Positions 14,641 to 28,810 of a DNA stretch of 64,000 nt are shown piece after piece; position 1 is the stretch's first letter; each line of letters opens with the position of its first letter. The notes beneath the pieces are model-generated. The model saw nothing but the letters and a program-made list of their open reading frames with translations. It was not told the DNA's origin and did not search any database. The stretch comes from Camelus dromedarius (taxonomy: Eukaryota): contig NC_087436.1 in NCBI RefSeq assembly GCF_036321535.1, forward strand, positions 12,524,001 to 12,588,000. The letters run 5' to 3'. Position numbers and translations under genes: made by a program.

Positions 14641-15889
14641 AAAAGAAAAAAGAAAGAAAGTGAGCAAGAATCTTTTCAGAGGACACGGGCATTGGAAACA
14701 GGAACTGAAGTGGGCAGTAATCACCCTTCTTCTCCCCCCACCCCTCCCCTTCTCTTTACTCTTAATATCAAACGCCTGGTCCTTTTAACACTAATGCTAA
14801 GCGGCCCAAATGGTAGCAAATCCATCAACATCAGTAAAAAATGCTGCTTTACCAGATGGTCCTGGACGTGTGCTGGGAATGATGACAGCGGCCGAGGCTT
14901 TCAGGCCATTATTCTCCAAGTTAATCACTAGCCACGCCTTCTGCCTCCGGGCCCTGCGTCGCTGAGAAAACCACTTCCCTCCAGATGACACATCTCCTTT
15001 TGGTCAAGGTCCCAGCCCTTTTGCTGTGAGCCTCTAACAATTTCATAGTAACGTGTCTTTTATATCACAGTTTTAAGCATAGGTTCCACAATAAAAGAAG
15101 TTCGTTAGTTATTGGCCTAGAAAATGTCAAGATTCTCAGAGTGGGTGGCTTTAAAACATAATAATAATAATAAGAGGGTATGAAAGGTTGAGTCTTTTTT
15201 CAATGAGTATTAGTTCTGATTTAAAATAAAATCTGCTGGTAATTACTAATAGGTGTATTATTTTGTCTCCTTCATAAAATGGATGTTTTTTGATCCTTAA
15301 AGTGAGGTTTCAAAGTGTTATGTACTATGAGGCTTTTCAACCTTTGATTATTTTTCCCTTTGATTTCTTGGTGTATGTAGAGGTTTATACTAAGTCCTGT
15401 CCCCGGCCAGGAAAATTAAGAAAGAACTACTGACAAAGTTTCTGCTCAAAAAATCCTATAAATGTGAACTATGCTTATTTCACAGCTTCAGAAAACTGTG
15501 ACACGAAAGATTCATAGGTACCAAAGAGACATTTGGTTCCTGAGTCCTTACTGAACTTCAGCCGTAAGATGGGAAGTCCTTCAACCTCTTACAACTATGT
15601 CTACAAAGATATCTGTATCTATAGCCAACCTTTCCTCTTTCCTTCCTCTTAGGATGAAAACAAAACATAAAAAACAAAAACTGTCCTTTGGCCAACCAAA
15701 AGCCAGTCCTTCCTCTGAATTCTACACTCTGAATATTCTGAATCTGGTTTCTTTTTCTCTCCCAGAGATCTCACTTTGGCAGCTGTATCTTCAGCCCCTC
15801 CCTCACTACTGAATGCTCCCCATCAACATACCAGCATAATAAATCTTCTCTGTTTAAAATAAAAGCAACAGTAAAAGCAGCTACCTTCA

Positions 15890-16320
15890 CCCTTCATGCT
15901 CTTCTTTCTCTCCAGACAATCTCATCCACCCCGTTTCAAATACCTACAACCTTCCAAGATTACAGCTTCAGCCCAGCCTCTCTTCCTGTCCTGAGTATCC
16001 TACTATGATCTCTTCTTGCACGTCCTGCAAAACATCTCAAGCTTGTTCAAAATTGTACTTGTAATCTTTGTCCCACTCCCATCCCTCCATTGTTGACGAC
16101 CTCAGAAAATGGCGTCACCTCTCTATTGCAGCCAGAGGCCTGGAGAGTACTTTTGAGACAGCCCTCTCTTTCACCCTTCCACCCTCAAACACTCACCTAC
16201 TGCTCTACATTCTACCTTCTGAACGTAGCGCAAATCATTTCGCTTATCTCCATCTCTTCTGCTAAAAACGGAGTTCAAGCTACTGAAACCACCCGATCAG
16301 TATTTCTCCAGTAGCCCCTG
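15890..16320 (+). mobile_element. L2 LINE fragment
   Basis: acaatctcatcca...ttcaaatacc...cagcccagcctctcttcctg...catctcaagctt...ttttgagacagccctctctttcacc...tctaccttctgaa. Confidence 0.55.
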
Positions 16321-17200
16321 GAATAGACGTCGTGTGGAACTTCTTCATGGCTTTGTCATTAGCAGCTGGGACCCAAACATGAGGGCTTCCAGATGGAAGT
16401 ACTCCTCACGATACAAGGAGCTACAAATAACTGAGGGCCAGACATCCCCTCCAGTTATTAAATGATATCTAAACTGATCCTGCTACACCGAAACATTGTC
16501 CCCACCCTTTTAAGAAAAAGATCGAGGAAGCAGAAGAGAAGAGAATCAGTCGGTATAGATGGTAAGCTTCTAGGGAAGCAGTGTGGCTTGTCCCTCCTCT
16601 CTCTACCAGAGAAGAGAACAGGAGCCCTGGTCCCCATGCTCCCAAGTAAAGTAATGGTGGGTTCAAGAAAATCACACACATTGGGGAGGTGTGCAAGCAG
16701 AGCGTGGAAGTCTAAGTTCCATAGCAGAAAAATAGAAGACAAATCTAGCTAGCTTAATGAAGAAGAGTAGTTACAGGGGAATAAGCAGTTTATAGAATCA
16801 TTGTTAGGGCTAATGAAAGAACTCTACGGCACACCCAGGGAGCCACACCACAGAGCCAGACTGCCAAGGCAGCTGCTGCCCCTGCCACGACCAAGACCCT
16901 GCGTGAACTGGAAGCCATGCCACTGCTGCCGATTTCACAGCCACACCACTTCCTCCACGACCCAGGTAAGTGAGAATGGAGTCCAAGACTCTTCCTCCTT
17001 TTCCACGTGACACTATCCCAAGCTAGTTGAATAGTTCCCAGAGTATGAGCATATTTATATTTTTGTTTATATACACACACACAATATGTATACATATATG
17101 TATATGTAGATATATCCTGATGTATGTACATATATATATTATACACTTATAATATACTATTATACAATCTATTATATGAACAAAGCTCTGAAAGGTTATA

Positions 17201-17545
17201 CAGTAGTTGCTTGGTATCTGCAGGGGATTGATTCCGGGACTCCCACATATAACAAAATCTGTGAATGCTCAAGTCCCTTATATAAGATGGTGTAGTATTT
17301 GCATATAACCTACACACATCCTCCTGTATAAGTTAAATTATCCCCAGATAACTTATACTACCTAACACAATGTAAATGCTATATGAATAGTTGTAGATAC
17401 AATGTAAATTTTATGTGAATAGTTGTCAGCATGCAGCAAATTCAGGTTTTGCTTTTTGGAACTTTCTGGAATTTTATTTTAATATTTTTGACCATGGTTG
17501 GTTGAATCTGCAGATGTGGAACCTACAGATATGGAGGGATGACTA
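17201..17545. mobile_element. MER2 (TcMar-Tigger) DNA transposon
   Basis: TA-preceded cagtagttgcttggtatctgcaggggattgattcc...gctcaagtcccttatataa...ggttggttgaatctgcagatgtggaacctacagatatggagggatgact. Confidence 0.88.
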
Positions 17546-19227
17546 ATGATTGTAGGTACTCTTGAGAGTAATGTCAACAGGATGACAGAATAGGAGGTCT
17601 CTCTCTCGTAAGAATAATTCAGCAGCCATCCACAGACAAAAGTGCATTTGTGGGGGTTTGGAGATCCAGACAGGACGTTGCAGAAAAATGGTATCATGTC
17701 CCCTGGCCATTTGTTCAGTCCTCAACATTTACCTAGAGGCCCGAATGCTAAACACATTATACCAGAAATCTTTAATTACATCAAATGCTAGAAAGCAGTT
17801 TCTGCAGCCTTACTTTCTGGGTCTTATGAAAGCATTACCTTTGACTTAGCCAAAGACGAACACTTATTTTGTTTTCTGAAAGAGTCTCAAATTTGTAAGC
17901 ATCATCTCCATTGCAAAATTCACTGGTATTTGTATTTGACGGTAAGTAAAAATTATGATTATGAACAACGAGAAAGTTTCAAATTGAAAGAAGTGAAAGA
18001 ATGTAGCACCAATAAACCCCTCTTAAAAAAAAAACTGCTCAATTATAAATTCTGCCAACTAAGATATAAATCACTGTAAATACACCAAGAATGTTATTCA
18101 TTTAACAACTTACTATGTTAGAACTATCCCCAGGAGTTGAACATTTACCGGTAAATCAAGCGTGCGGTACCTCATTTTATGGAACAGCCATCATAACTGA
18201 TGGAGAAACCATGGAGAGGGAACTAACGTCAACAACCCTAGACATTATGGGTGCAGATCAGAATGTAAATGCTCAAAAACAGCAACGTAAAACTGTAAGT
18301 AAAGTAATCAGCATGTTGTGTCAGGGAAGTAGAAGACATTTTAAATACTAGTTCTTCATATTCCATATTAAGAAGTCAATTAATTTTCTGTAAACTTTGA
18401 ATATGCTTATGCCAGATTCTTAATGGTTTTCATACTATCTTTTTGGAATTTTATCTCTAAAGCTCAACAATTTCTTTAGTTACATTTGAATTTGTTTTTC
18501 TCTGTTAATTCTAGCAAAATTAGTATGATTTTAATATTAAAATATGATATATTATAGGGTCCCATTCTCTTAAAAATGTGTATTTATCTATATAATCCTG
18601 CTATCAGTATGTATACATGAAGAACTGTTTGGGCTTATTTTTATGAAACATTAACGCTGATTATTTCTAAATGTGAGTTTTTCCCCCTGTATGTTGCTTT
18701 CAAATTTTCTGCACTTAAATTTTTTTTCTTATAATAAGCATGTGTAATTTCTATAAAATGTACAGAATCCATATTTTTTAATATATTTAAAATTTTACTT
18801 TTGGAAATCCTTTTAACTTTATTCTCCTGTTTATTCAGTGTATCTCTTGTCCCTCAGCAGCATCATATGGATTTACTAATCAGCAGTAAAAAGATGAGAG
18901 GAAGCATCTGAGGATGGCGTGGGAAATATAGCATGGTTAAATTATAAAATGGATACAACTTTGTCTTGAATGGTTGATAGTTAGACATGCCTGGGAGCTA
19001 GTACAATAGATTTTATGATTCTTGCCGTGCTCTTCCTCAGTACAGTAACCAAAAAACCTCATTCTTAGTAGCAAGTGGCAGAAACATCTGAATGTCTAAC
19101 TTTTTAAAATATATAATCCTAGTCTTATGATAATATGATGATATTAGGGACCTTTAGGGTCTCTTGCAGAAGTTATTTCTAAAGACTCATCTAAACTGAA
19201 AGAAGAGCCAGGACTATTTCCTCCTAG

Positions 19228-19392
19228 AGCAGTTGTTTGGTTCCCAAACTCACCTGCACATTGCAATCACTTTGAGAGTTTACCAAGTACTGAATACTAG
19301 ACACTGTCTTCAGAGAATCCTTTGTAATTTGTCTCCACACCAGTATTTTTATCAGGTGATTCTAAGGTACAGCCAACAGTGAGAACCACTGT
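19228..19392. mobile_element. MER5-like hAT-Charlie element
   Basis: cagttg...cccaaactcacctgcacattgcaatcac...caggtgattctaaggtacagccaacagtgagaaccactg. Confidence 0.75.
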
Positions 19393-20356
19393 CCCAGAGG
19401 AAACAGATGTTTAATGGCATGCCCTACGACCAACTATGTCTGAAAAGCAAGTTAGAGCTCGATCACTTTCCTGGATCATTACAGACTCCATGCTGAGGAA
19501 ATTTACTTTTAAAGAGTCAATCCATCTTCAAGACAATGACTTGTATTAGCCAAATAACTATCTAAAAACAGCCCAACAACTGATGGAAATTTGTGGCATT
19601 CCAGTTCTACTGGAAATTACTCATAATATTAATATGGATAAACACAGTCATACTTAAAAAAAATCCACAAAGAAGTACAAAAAAAATGAATAAAAACAAC
19701 CTTTTAATTTCGAGACTGTCTCAGCAGCCTAAGATTAGTTGACACAAATCCTCTACTATCATTTTTAATATCCAAGTGATTGAGTGTCATCCTCAGAATT
19801 TCATTTCTATAATTATGCACCTGCTCCTAGTGTCAATAAACATTTCCTGAGCCCCGCTCTCAAAATGAATTTCATATCTAAGAATGATATTGTGGTCATG
19901 AAAAGGCATCACTGGGATACTTTTCAAAGAAAGGAGACCAGATTGTGGTGTAAATGGCAACTTGGAAACAAAGGCTACAGAGGCTACAAAAACGCTCCAG
20001 TCATGAACTAGGGACACTGTTAACTAAAGCCCTTCTTACGATTTCCACTCTGTAATCACTTTACAATTTTAAAAGTACAAGTGTCATCCATTATAATGAA
20101 CAGTGAAAAAAACCTCTATCTTCATGTATAAATAATTCAATCAATTGCACTTACCTTCTGAAGTGCTAAAATTATTTCCTAGACAAGGTTGACATTCAAC
20201 TACTACGCAATGCACTCATGACACCAGTAATCTCCTGAGGGGTTGTTTTCTGTGTCACATCAGTTAAACATTTTTATTTGACACAGGATCAGCTTTGTGC
20301 AGATAAACCAGCACTCCACACGATAAACAGAACAAAACAAAAATTGCTTTATATCT

Positions 20357-20743
20357 GTAGCAGGCTAAATCATGACCCCCAGAAACCTGTGTTCTAATCC
20401 CCAGGACCTGTGAATATCACCTGACTGTCACTTTACATGGCCAACGATGTGAATAAGTAAAGGATCTGGAGAGGCTTAGCCGGGTGGTCCCTAAATGTAA
20501 TCACGTATATCCTTATAAGAGAGAGAAGGCAGGGGTTTTGAGACAGAAGACATGAAGCTAGCGTGACCACGGAAGCAGGGAGGTTGGAGTGACATGGACA
20601 CAGGACAAGGAATACCTGGAGCCACCAGAAGCCAGATGAGGCAAGGAGAGTCTTCTCCCCTAGAGCCTTCGGAGGGAGCCCAGCCCTGCCAAAACCTTGG
20701 TTATAGAACCCTGTCTGTCATAGCAGCTACAGAAAACTAACAC
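20357..20743 (+). mobile_element. MaLR solo LTR (MLT1B/C-like)
   Basis: tgtagcaggctaaatcatgacccc...ctaatccccaggacctgtgaatat...ccaccagaagccaga...gaggcaagga...tctcccctagagccttcggagggagc...gcagctacagaaaactaacaca. Confidence 0.88.
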
Positions 20744-22867
20744 AGTAGCATTTGCTAATTTATGTGGCATAAATAATTCCATCGCATCTGACTTTCAGTT
20801 ACCAACATGTAGTCACTGATCAGAGCTGGGAAGGGGAGCACACAGTTGCTCATCCTGAGCTGGGACAAACCTGCTTGTAACAAGCCATTGAGTCTGGATA
20901 CAAGTGCATTCTTTTCAACTCCCCTCGAATTTTTTACTTGCTTTCATTTAATTTCCTTCTGCGAGAGACAAGGAAATGAGGTATCCTGTGCACCCCCTTA
21001 TGTCAGAGTCACCAAAAAAAAAGCCAATGAAAATGACAAAAAATTTACTCAAATTAGTACACCAGAAGAAAGCTGGCATTTTCATAAAATTCAAACAAAT
21101 GCATCTTATTGATGAATGTAAATGACAGGGTAACATAAAAATTATAAGCTACAAACTCGCATGCACTAAAATTCTGCCTCCATTTAGTACCTGATGGCCA
21201 TCAGTGAATTTGTTTTCTTACTTGTATGGGAAGTGTTTTTCTAGTAATAAGTGCTCAGCAAAACCTAGTTAGAATTTTGTTTCCTATTATCAACATCATT
21301 GGTGAACATGGCGATGTAAGCTGGTACAAGACTTTGATTCTGTGTGTTAAGAAGACAAAGGTTCTTAGAGTGCTACTTTTGATAACAGATTGTGTGAGTG
21401 TCTGTGCTTTAGGTGATTCGTATCTGTTTTTGAAACAATTGTCACTTCGGTTGAGTAAATGAGTATTGTTTCACAGCGACCTATGAGTCTATCAGACCAA
21501 ATGTTTTGAAACATTCTAACAAGCTTCCCAAACATCAAATTCTGATTAAAGTTCTCTTGACCTTCAGTTAACTTCAGCAGTAGTAATAGTAAACTAGTGG
21601 CAATGGTAATAATAGTCATTGTACTATATTAAAGATGATTTAGACACTTTTATTCATTTGCTGAGATGAAAAATAAAGTTGGAGATCAAGGACCGCTTAC
21701 AGGAAGCTGTGTAACAGCAACTGTCATGTGTAGTGGATCCAGGGTTTGGAAGGAAGAGAAAGGAGAGGTGAGGGAGAGCAGCGTGGCAATGGAGGTCCTG
21801 CAGAGGAAGAGAGGAGAGATTCTGGCAGTTACCCTGGGGGGCAGCTGTCTAAGGAGAATTTGGAGGAGGCTGAGCCATGTGACCTGCTGTGCCCACTCCT
21901 CCAAGGAAAGATGCAGCAGGAGGTCCCTCCTGTCACTAAACTAAACAAACTGGTGATTTGGAGATGAGCTGTCGGGCAGAAATAGACTTCAAGCGAGTCA
22001 AGAATTATTCAGGTCCCGTACCACTGCTTTTTTTATTTCCTAGGCTGGCAGAGTTGATAAAGACTGGAGCCATTATTCAGGGACCTTATCAATGAAAACA
22101 ACAAATTAGTCTTTTTACTCCTTGGAAGAGCCATTCATTGCATTCCTCAAATCATTTTTCAGCACAGGTACCTATCTCAAGATCTGGTAAGAGTGAGGAT
22201 GAAGGTAAATTTTCCTTAAAACTCTTCACTGTCCCTAATCCCAAAGTTTAAGTTAGCTGTTTGGTAGTTGATTGGCTACAAAGAAAATAAAACTGCCAGC
22301 CCATATTTCGTTCTGGGCTTGACTGGTGTTCAAAGCCTCTACTTCCCCTCTTTTGTCCAGATGGCAGGCAGGTAGAAACAGTATTTGCAGAGCTGTAAAC
22401 ATGGCTCTTGGATAACAATGGCCTCAGTTGTGACTGAGTGTGTTCCAAGAAAGCCAATCTTTCAATGTTCTTACTGATTTGTAATTTCCTCCCCAAAGTG
22501 CATCATGTCAGTCAAGGTATGTAAATTTGACACTAAAGTTGCAGAAATAAAATAGATAATGCAATATATCTAATACCTGTCCTCACCTGCCACTCTCTGG
22601 TCCCCAGCATAAGGGACTTTTCTCAGACATAACTCCACAAATTGATGCCAACGTCAAGTTTATTTAAGACCACCGTTGGAATGGTAATGGAAACATCATT
22701 CAGTATCTTTTTTGTGTGTAAATACCATGCAGTTTTCACCTTCATTCTTATATCCATTCCCAAATTCTGCTATTAATTCCACCGGTCAAGGATCTCTAAA
22801 TAAGATTTATCATCAAAATCAAGTGGGGAACATTTTAGATACAGAAATTCCCGTGATCACCCCAGAT

Positions 22868-23200
22868 CAATTGCTGAACTGAGCTTGGATCTGCTCACCT
22901 GACATTCAGCAAAGCCAAGCTACTGACACTGTGTTGTAGTGAAAGAAACTTCAGCATTTATTGAAGGGCACCAACTAAGGAGAACGTGCAGCTTGTGCTC
23001 CAAAGACCCAAACTTCCCGATGGCTTTCAGGGAAGGGTTATTAAAGTCTGTGTGAGAAGAGGGTCACAAGGTACATGATCAGCTGGTGCACAATTCTCTG
23101 ATTGGCTGGTGATGAGGTAGCAGGGTGATGCTTTGGGAATCTCAATCATCAACCTTCTGGTTCCAACCAGTGTGAGGTCCACTTGCTGGTCAGGATGCAG
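22868..23200 (-). mobile_element. ERV1-type LTR fragment
   Basis: aaagccaagctactgacac...gcatttattgaagggcaccaactaaggagaac...gcttgtgctccaaagacccaaacttcccgatggctttcagggaagggtt...tctctgattggctggtgatgaggt. Confidence 0.7.
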
Positions 23201-24138
23201 TGCCCCTCTGAAGCCCTCTCACAGCTGAATGGACAGTAAATGACATAATTCATTACAAACGGACACCCGAGGAAGACACTCAAGTGCTTCTTCAGGCTCA
23301 GCAGGAAGGAATGGATTTATCCAGGAAGATAAAGGGATTCTATTTGGAAAATGTGTGTCAGGCCAGCCTGAATTTAGGGAGTAGGTAAAAATTTCAACTG
23401 ACCAAAGGACTTGTGAAAGCATAACTTTGAAGATGTGACGGCTGTTAAACTGAAATCTACTGTATTTGTGCTGCATTTTGTGTGCTGCAACTCTTTTCCT
23501 TTAATGTTTGAACACTATTGTTAAAACAAATCTTGACTAGAATTTCTGTAGCCCTGGTGCCAGAAATATATATCTCATAAAAGGGCTGGGTCATTCGTGG
23601 ACATCGTGATTCTCTTTATTACCACTTCTATTCCAGAACACAAGAAAATTCCCCATTAGACATCCCAGGACACAGACACCCTTTCTTCAGAATACAAAAC
23701 ACATTGGAGCAGAGGAGAGTTTCATGGAAAGAGGAACCCTTCTGCATCTTTCCCTGGTGACCTGCAACATCCAAGAGGCGGACAGGTACGCAGCATTACC
23801 AGATGAGAATGGAAGCTAGTGATGAACATGCCTGGTGCAAAATACTATTTTTTGCTATTTTTACCAGGTCACATTCCAGTCCACAGGGAACCATGCTCCA
23901 CAGTCTCAATCAACAGGAAAAAAAAAAAAAAAGCTTCTCTTACTGATACTGTCTTTCATAATAACTCCAATGCATAATTATGCTAAAAGTACTCCATTTT
24001 CAGCAAAAACGAGGAAAAGAAGAAACAAAAAGCACCTCATCCTGCCACACAGCACAGAGAGGTAGCAGCAACCCTTAGTCTCACAATATACCATAGCCCT
24101 TCAGTTATTCAGGAATTACCAAATGTCCCTTGATGAGG

Positions 24139-24625
24139 AACAGAAACAGAATGGCAGACATAGTAAACAATCTCATGGTTACCAGGGAAAAAGGGGATGA
24201 GAAGGGATAAATTTGGGAGTTCGAGATTTGCAGATATTAACCACTATATATACAATAGATTTTAAAAAAATTCTTCTGTATAGCACAGGGAACTATATTC
24301 AGTATCTTGTAACAACCTTTAATGAAAACGAAAACGGAAAACAAACAAAAGAAAAAAAACTTATGATTACCATGAGGGAAAGGGGGTGGGAAAGGATAAA
24401 TCAGGAGTTCGAGATTTGCAGATACTAACTACTATATATAAAACAGATAAATAACAAATTTTTACTGCATAGCACAGGGAACTATATTCAATATCTTATA
24501 GTAATCTATAATGGAAAAGAATATGAAAACTAATGAATGTATGTATATGTATGACTGAACTATTGTGCTGTACACCAGAAGTTGACACAACATTGTGAAC
24601 TGATTATATTTCAATTGAAAAAAAG
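24139..24625 (+). mobile_element. L1 3' UTR, two consecutive related 3' segments ending in an A-tail
   Basis: gggataaatttgggagttcgagatttgcagata...tatagcacagggaactatattca occurs twice in near-identical form (~24203 and ~24394). Confidence 0.9.
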
Positions 24626-26379
24626 AAGTCTCTCGATGAATATTCTTCAAACCTGTATCCTCTGGACCCAAGTCCCTCTTCGCCAAAAAGTCTGCTGCAC
24701 TGCCCTCTGCTGGAAGATCTGGTCACTACTCAGCTTGCCGGGGTTTGCGTCCAGCCATTATTCAGAGTTGACGGGACCAGGAATCCCACTCCTCTGCTTT
24801 TTCACTTACAACCTCTCCCTTCCCAACAGGCATGACGTGATCAGAAATGCCACCCTCTGTAGGACAACTTAGCTGTTTAAGGTGGAGCTGCACGTGACTG
24901 ACAGAAGCTCATGTAAGGTTCAGATCTCCTTGACTCCTTGCTGAGGTTTTCCTCTATTGTAGCTTTTACCCCTGAACCCCAAGGAGGTAAGGATGGGCTG
25001 CAGAATCACCACCCAAGTTTCATTCTGGCTCGAGGGGCAAATTCCTAACCTCCAGCTGCTGGCTGGCAGCCCACTTGGTCTCTAGTGTAAGCTCATCCTC
25101 TCAAGATAGAAGTGACTACATGAGTTAGGGCTTCCTGACACCACCTCCAGACGGTGGGGAGCTGCTGAGATGGAGGGTGTGATGGGGAAATGGGGGAAGG
25201 ATGCTATCTTCAAACCTCAACGATTACCCTAGAATCGTTTTGCTGAAATAGAGCCAGGTTAATAACTGATTCCAGCAGCAATCCAGATGTCATTTCTTTG
25301 ATTATAATGAGCAATGCTTCATTATTTTAGCCAAAATATTCTCTATAATAAAGCAAATTATTTATTTCAACAAATACTAAAAATAAGAATGAGGAGCAGT
25401 TGTTCCTGAAATTACTGTATTTCTCAAGGTTTGTGCTCTATCATTTCCTGGGAAAACATTCTCTCTAAACTGCACTTCCTCTTTGTTTCTCTATCCTTGA
25501 GAAAAGATAAGTTTGAGTGCAATTAATCACAAGAACTTAGCAGGTCCCCAGTTTAGCTAGAAATACTTCCCATCCTTGCCTTACCAAAATGACTGGCCAG
25601 GAAAGCTCTGATAGAATTCCAAATGCATATACCGAAGTGAATTGTGCTCTTGGCACTGTGTGTAGAATACATGAGAATATATTCTAGGAAGTCAAAACGT
25701 AAGATTAAAAATGTAGTTCTTCCATTTTCTTACTTTGCAGGCTGATAAAACAAAGCAAGCTCCACTTGAGCTCTACCTTAGCACACTTTGTATCATGAAA
25801 CCTTTTCCTAATTTCTTCCCCACCCCGGCAAAATACTCAGGAGTATAAGTTCAAACAAGTCTAATGAAACTGCTTGAACTTATTTGCTTTTAAAGATTGA
25901 AAATATCTGTTTTTTTTTTTTCAGTGTTTGACAGACCTCTTTTCTGATTTCCAAGCTCTTGAGTATATTTCTCAATAAAAAACTTTTCAGTTCCCCTTTC
26001 TTATCAACTACCCTGCTACCTTTTTTCAGGCTGTTACTTTCTTGATTCACATGAAAAATTTAATTGTTAGACGATGCATCAAAGGTTAGTTACAAAACTT
26101 TGCTAATAAAGGCTAACCAGTCCATTGCACTTCCTACTGGCTGATTACGTAAGATATTTCTCAAAATCCTCTTCGTCTTTGATACCTTTCTAATTTTTTG
26201 AATGAATCATGGCTCACCATTTCCTCACCTATGCTCTTTTCCTTATGCGGTTGCATAACTGGACAAAGTACCCTTACCCCAGCCTGGGAGACACAGATGG
26301 GGTTCATTAACCTCAATAAACTGTTCTCAAGAGCAAAATACAGGGTTTCCTTTCATCATTCTAAAGTGGCACCTGATAG

Positions 26380-26470
26380 CAGAGTGACCAGCCGTCCCAG
26401 TCTGCCTGTAACTGTCCCAATTTTAGCACTGAAATGTCCTTATTCTGATGAATCCCTCAGTCCTGGGGAA
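26380..26470. mobile_element. hAT-Blackjack remnant (MER81/MER94-like)
   Basis: agagtgaccagccgtcccagtctgcctg...actgtcccaattttagcactgaaa. Confidence 0.6.
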
Positions 26471-27979
26471 CTCGCAACACAAAAGAATAGATGTTCTAAA
26501 CTTGGTAACCATATGGCATGAGAAAATGTCCATTTAGTAGGGTTTTCTTGGATTCATGACTTTGCCATAAGCTTGGAATAACCTAAAATCTATAACAAAT
26601 TATCTACAAGTGTTTCATCTCCCAACCCCAAACCAAACATGTCTCACACAGGAAGTACAGAGAGGCCTTATCAAAAGTACCTAAACATACTCAAAAAGTC
26701 AGTCCCCAAACCTTAAACACAGGGATCTTCACTGGATTTGCCTCCACTTCAGAAAGCAAAAGCTACTTGACTGCAATCACGTTTTATGAATTCTTACTCT
26801 ATACTAGTAAATTCCTTGACAGGGAGGGATAATTTTTCTTTCACTATGAAATATTTCAAACATACAGAAAATAATAAGCACCTGCGTGCCCACAACTTAT
26901 ATTTTTAAATATTGTATCAATAATAATAACATTCAATGATATATAACTACAAGCTTTATTTCAGATCTTTTAAAAATATTTAAAGTATTACAAATATGGT
27001 TATGGTTAGCCCAGTCTCCACATTTCATTTCCCTCCTTCTCTTTCCAAGAATAAGCACAGGACTGAAGTCAATATGTGCTGTCCTTGTATGTTTTAGATT
27101 TTTGCTGCATACATATAACTACGGGTCACAATAATGCTCCATGTGCTTTTATGTCTTATACAGAATTGCTGCCCCATAACATCTTACACATAGTAACTCT
27201 GAAAATTCTTTCAGTAAATCGAATTGAATTCACTACCTAAATCTATAAGAGGAGAAAAATAGAAAATTCCCCACTTTCAAAAGGTCAAGCTAAAATTTAA
27301 GAAGTCTAAAAATAAAATAGTAAACTGAAATCAAGAAAATTACTTTCTAAATCATCTTGTTTGGTGATTAATCCCAAATCCCATATCCCTTCATGTTACT
27401 CAGGGGGGGAAAAATGGTTTTCTGCTATTTCCTTTGAGTCCCATTCTCCTACCATAGTATAATCCTGACTTTCTCTAACTCAGTTAAAAATTCTGCCTGC
27501 CTCCGTATAAAGTGTAATTTACATATTTACATTTTTTATAAACATCTCCTCATATGCATCTGCCTCATAAATAAAAATCACCATCGTGAGTTTCACATTA
27601 ATATTGATACTTCCCCATGTCAGAATATAAATTCAGTTAGAAAATGTGTATTCTTCTAATTAGCATTGCTTTTCTCCAAAACCTCATTATCTGTCACTGT
27701 GAGACAGTGACACCTACCACCCAGTTTTGCCTGGGATTTGACTTTACCTAGTGAACGTAGCAAACGAATATACAGCAAATAATCTGTAACACAGGGAAAA
27801 AGGGGAAATGCTTTGTCTTAATAGACTAACACAGCCTTGTCTAACGCAATGATGCTTAATGCTTCTGCCCATCCATTCTTATATCTTTTAGAGCAACGAC
27901 AACAAACATCTTAAAGACCTTTTACAATTTGCACCCTCACAGAAACCAGTCCACACTGTAAATGTGACCTGGAACTTTG

Positions 27980-28088
27980 AAAGGTGGCCCATGGACCGAT
28001 CAGGAGCATGGGAATCACCTGGGGCTTGTTAGAAAGATGGAATCTAGGTCCCCAACCCCGCCCTCCTGGGTCAGAACCTGCGTTTTAA
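27980..28088. mobile_element. MER5A-like fragment
   Basis: gcatgggaatcacctggggcttgttagaaagatggaatctaggtcccaaccccgccctcctgggtcagaacctgcgttttaa. Confidence 0.7.
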
Positions 28089-28272
28089 TCATACAGCCCT
28101 ATACTGTAGCTACCTGGTCCACGTGCATACGACTGCGATGCCTCCCTCTACCTTGAGTTAATGTGTCTTTTACAGAAGCAGACACAAAGCCTTCTGCGGA
28201 CGTGTGGCTGTTCCATGCAGGATGCCTAGCGGAGTTTAACAAATAGCAGTGTTGCATTAAAAACCAAGTCAA

Positions 28273-28410
28273 GGGAGGGAGGGTGGAGCTCAGTGGTAGA
28301 GCAGGCGCTCAGCATGCATGAGGTCCTGGGTTTGATCCCCAAGTACCTTCATTTAAACAAATAAATAAGCCTAGTTACCTACCCCCCCCCAAATAATTTT
28401 GAAATATAAA
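28273..28410 (+). mobile_element. tRNA-derived SINE (camelid Vic-1-like)
   Basis: gggagggtggagctcagtggtagagc...gaggtcctgggtttgatcccc carries Pol III A and B boxes. Target-site duplication (TSD) aa(c/t)caagtcaa on both sides. Confidence 0.9.
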
Positions 28411-28654
28411 AGAATCAAGTCAATAGTCAAATTTGATTTTGAAACACAGATTCCATGTTCTTCTCCCTCACATTATTTCAACAGTCACTATTAAGATAGA
28501 ATGAATGATGATAGAGTAACCCCTATATGGAAAAAAATTAATAATATTAATATTCTATTTAATGTCTTAAGTGGACTAATACTGTTTTTGTCCTAATAGG
28601 TATAAAATAGCAGGGCAATCACCTAATTATTCATCAATTATATTTGCTAGCTAG

Positions 28655-28810
28655 AGTAGAGGCAATACAGAACAGTGGTTTGGAACAAACTTACCACCTA
28701 CATACATTTTCTAGACTTCAGTTTCCTCCTATGTAAAGTAATACTTATGGCACAGGATATAGATAAGTGAACATCTGGGAAGCCTGGTGTGCAGCCAGCC
28801 CTTAGACACT
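28655..28810. mobile_element. MIR SINE fragment
   Basis: agacttcagtttcctcctatgtaaagta...agcctggtgtgcagccagcccttagacactatta. Confidence 0.55.

Noticed and set aside
28273..28345. tRNA-like sequences here and at ~49580-49650 and ~50740-50812
   Set aside because: These are SINE heads with tails and TSDs, not tRNA genes.
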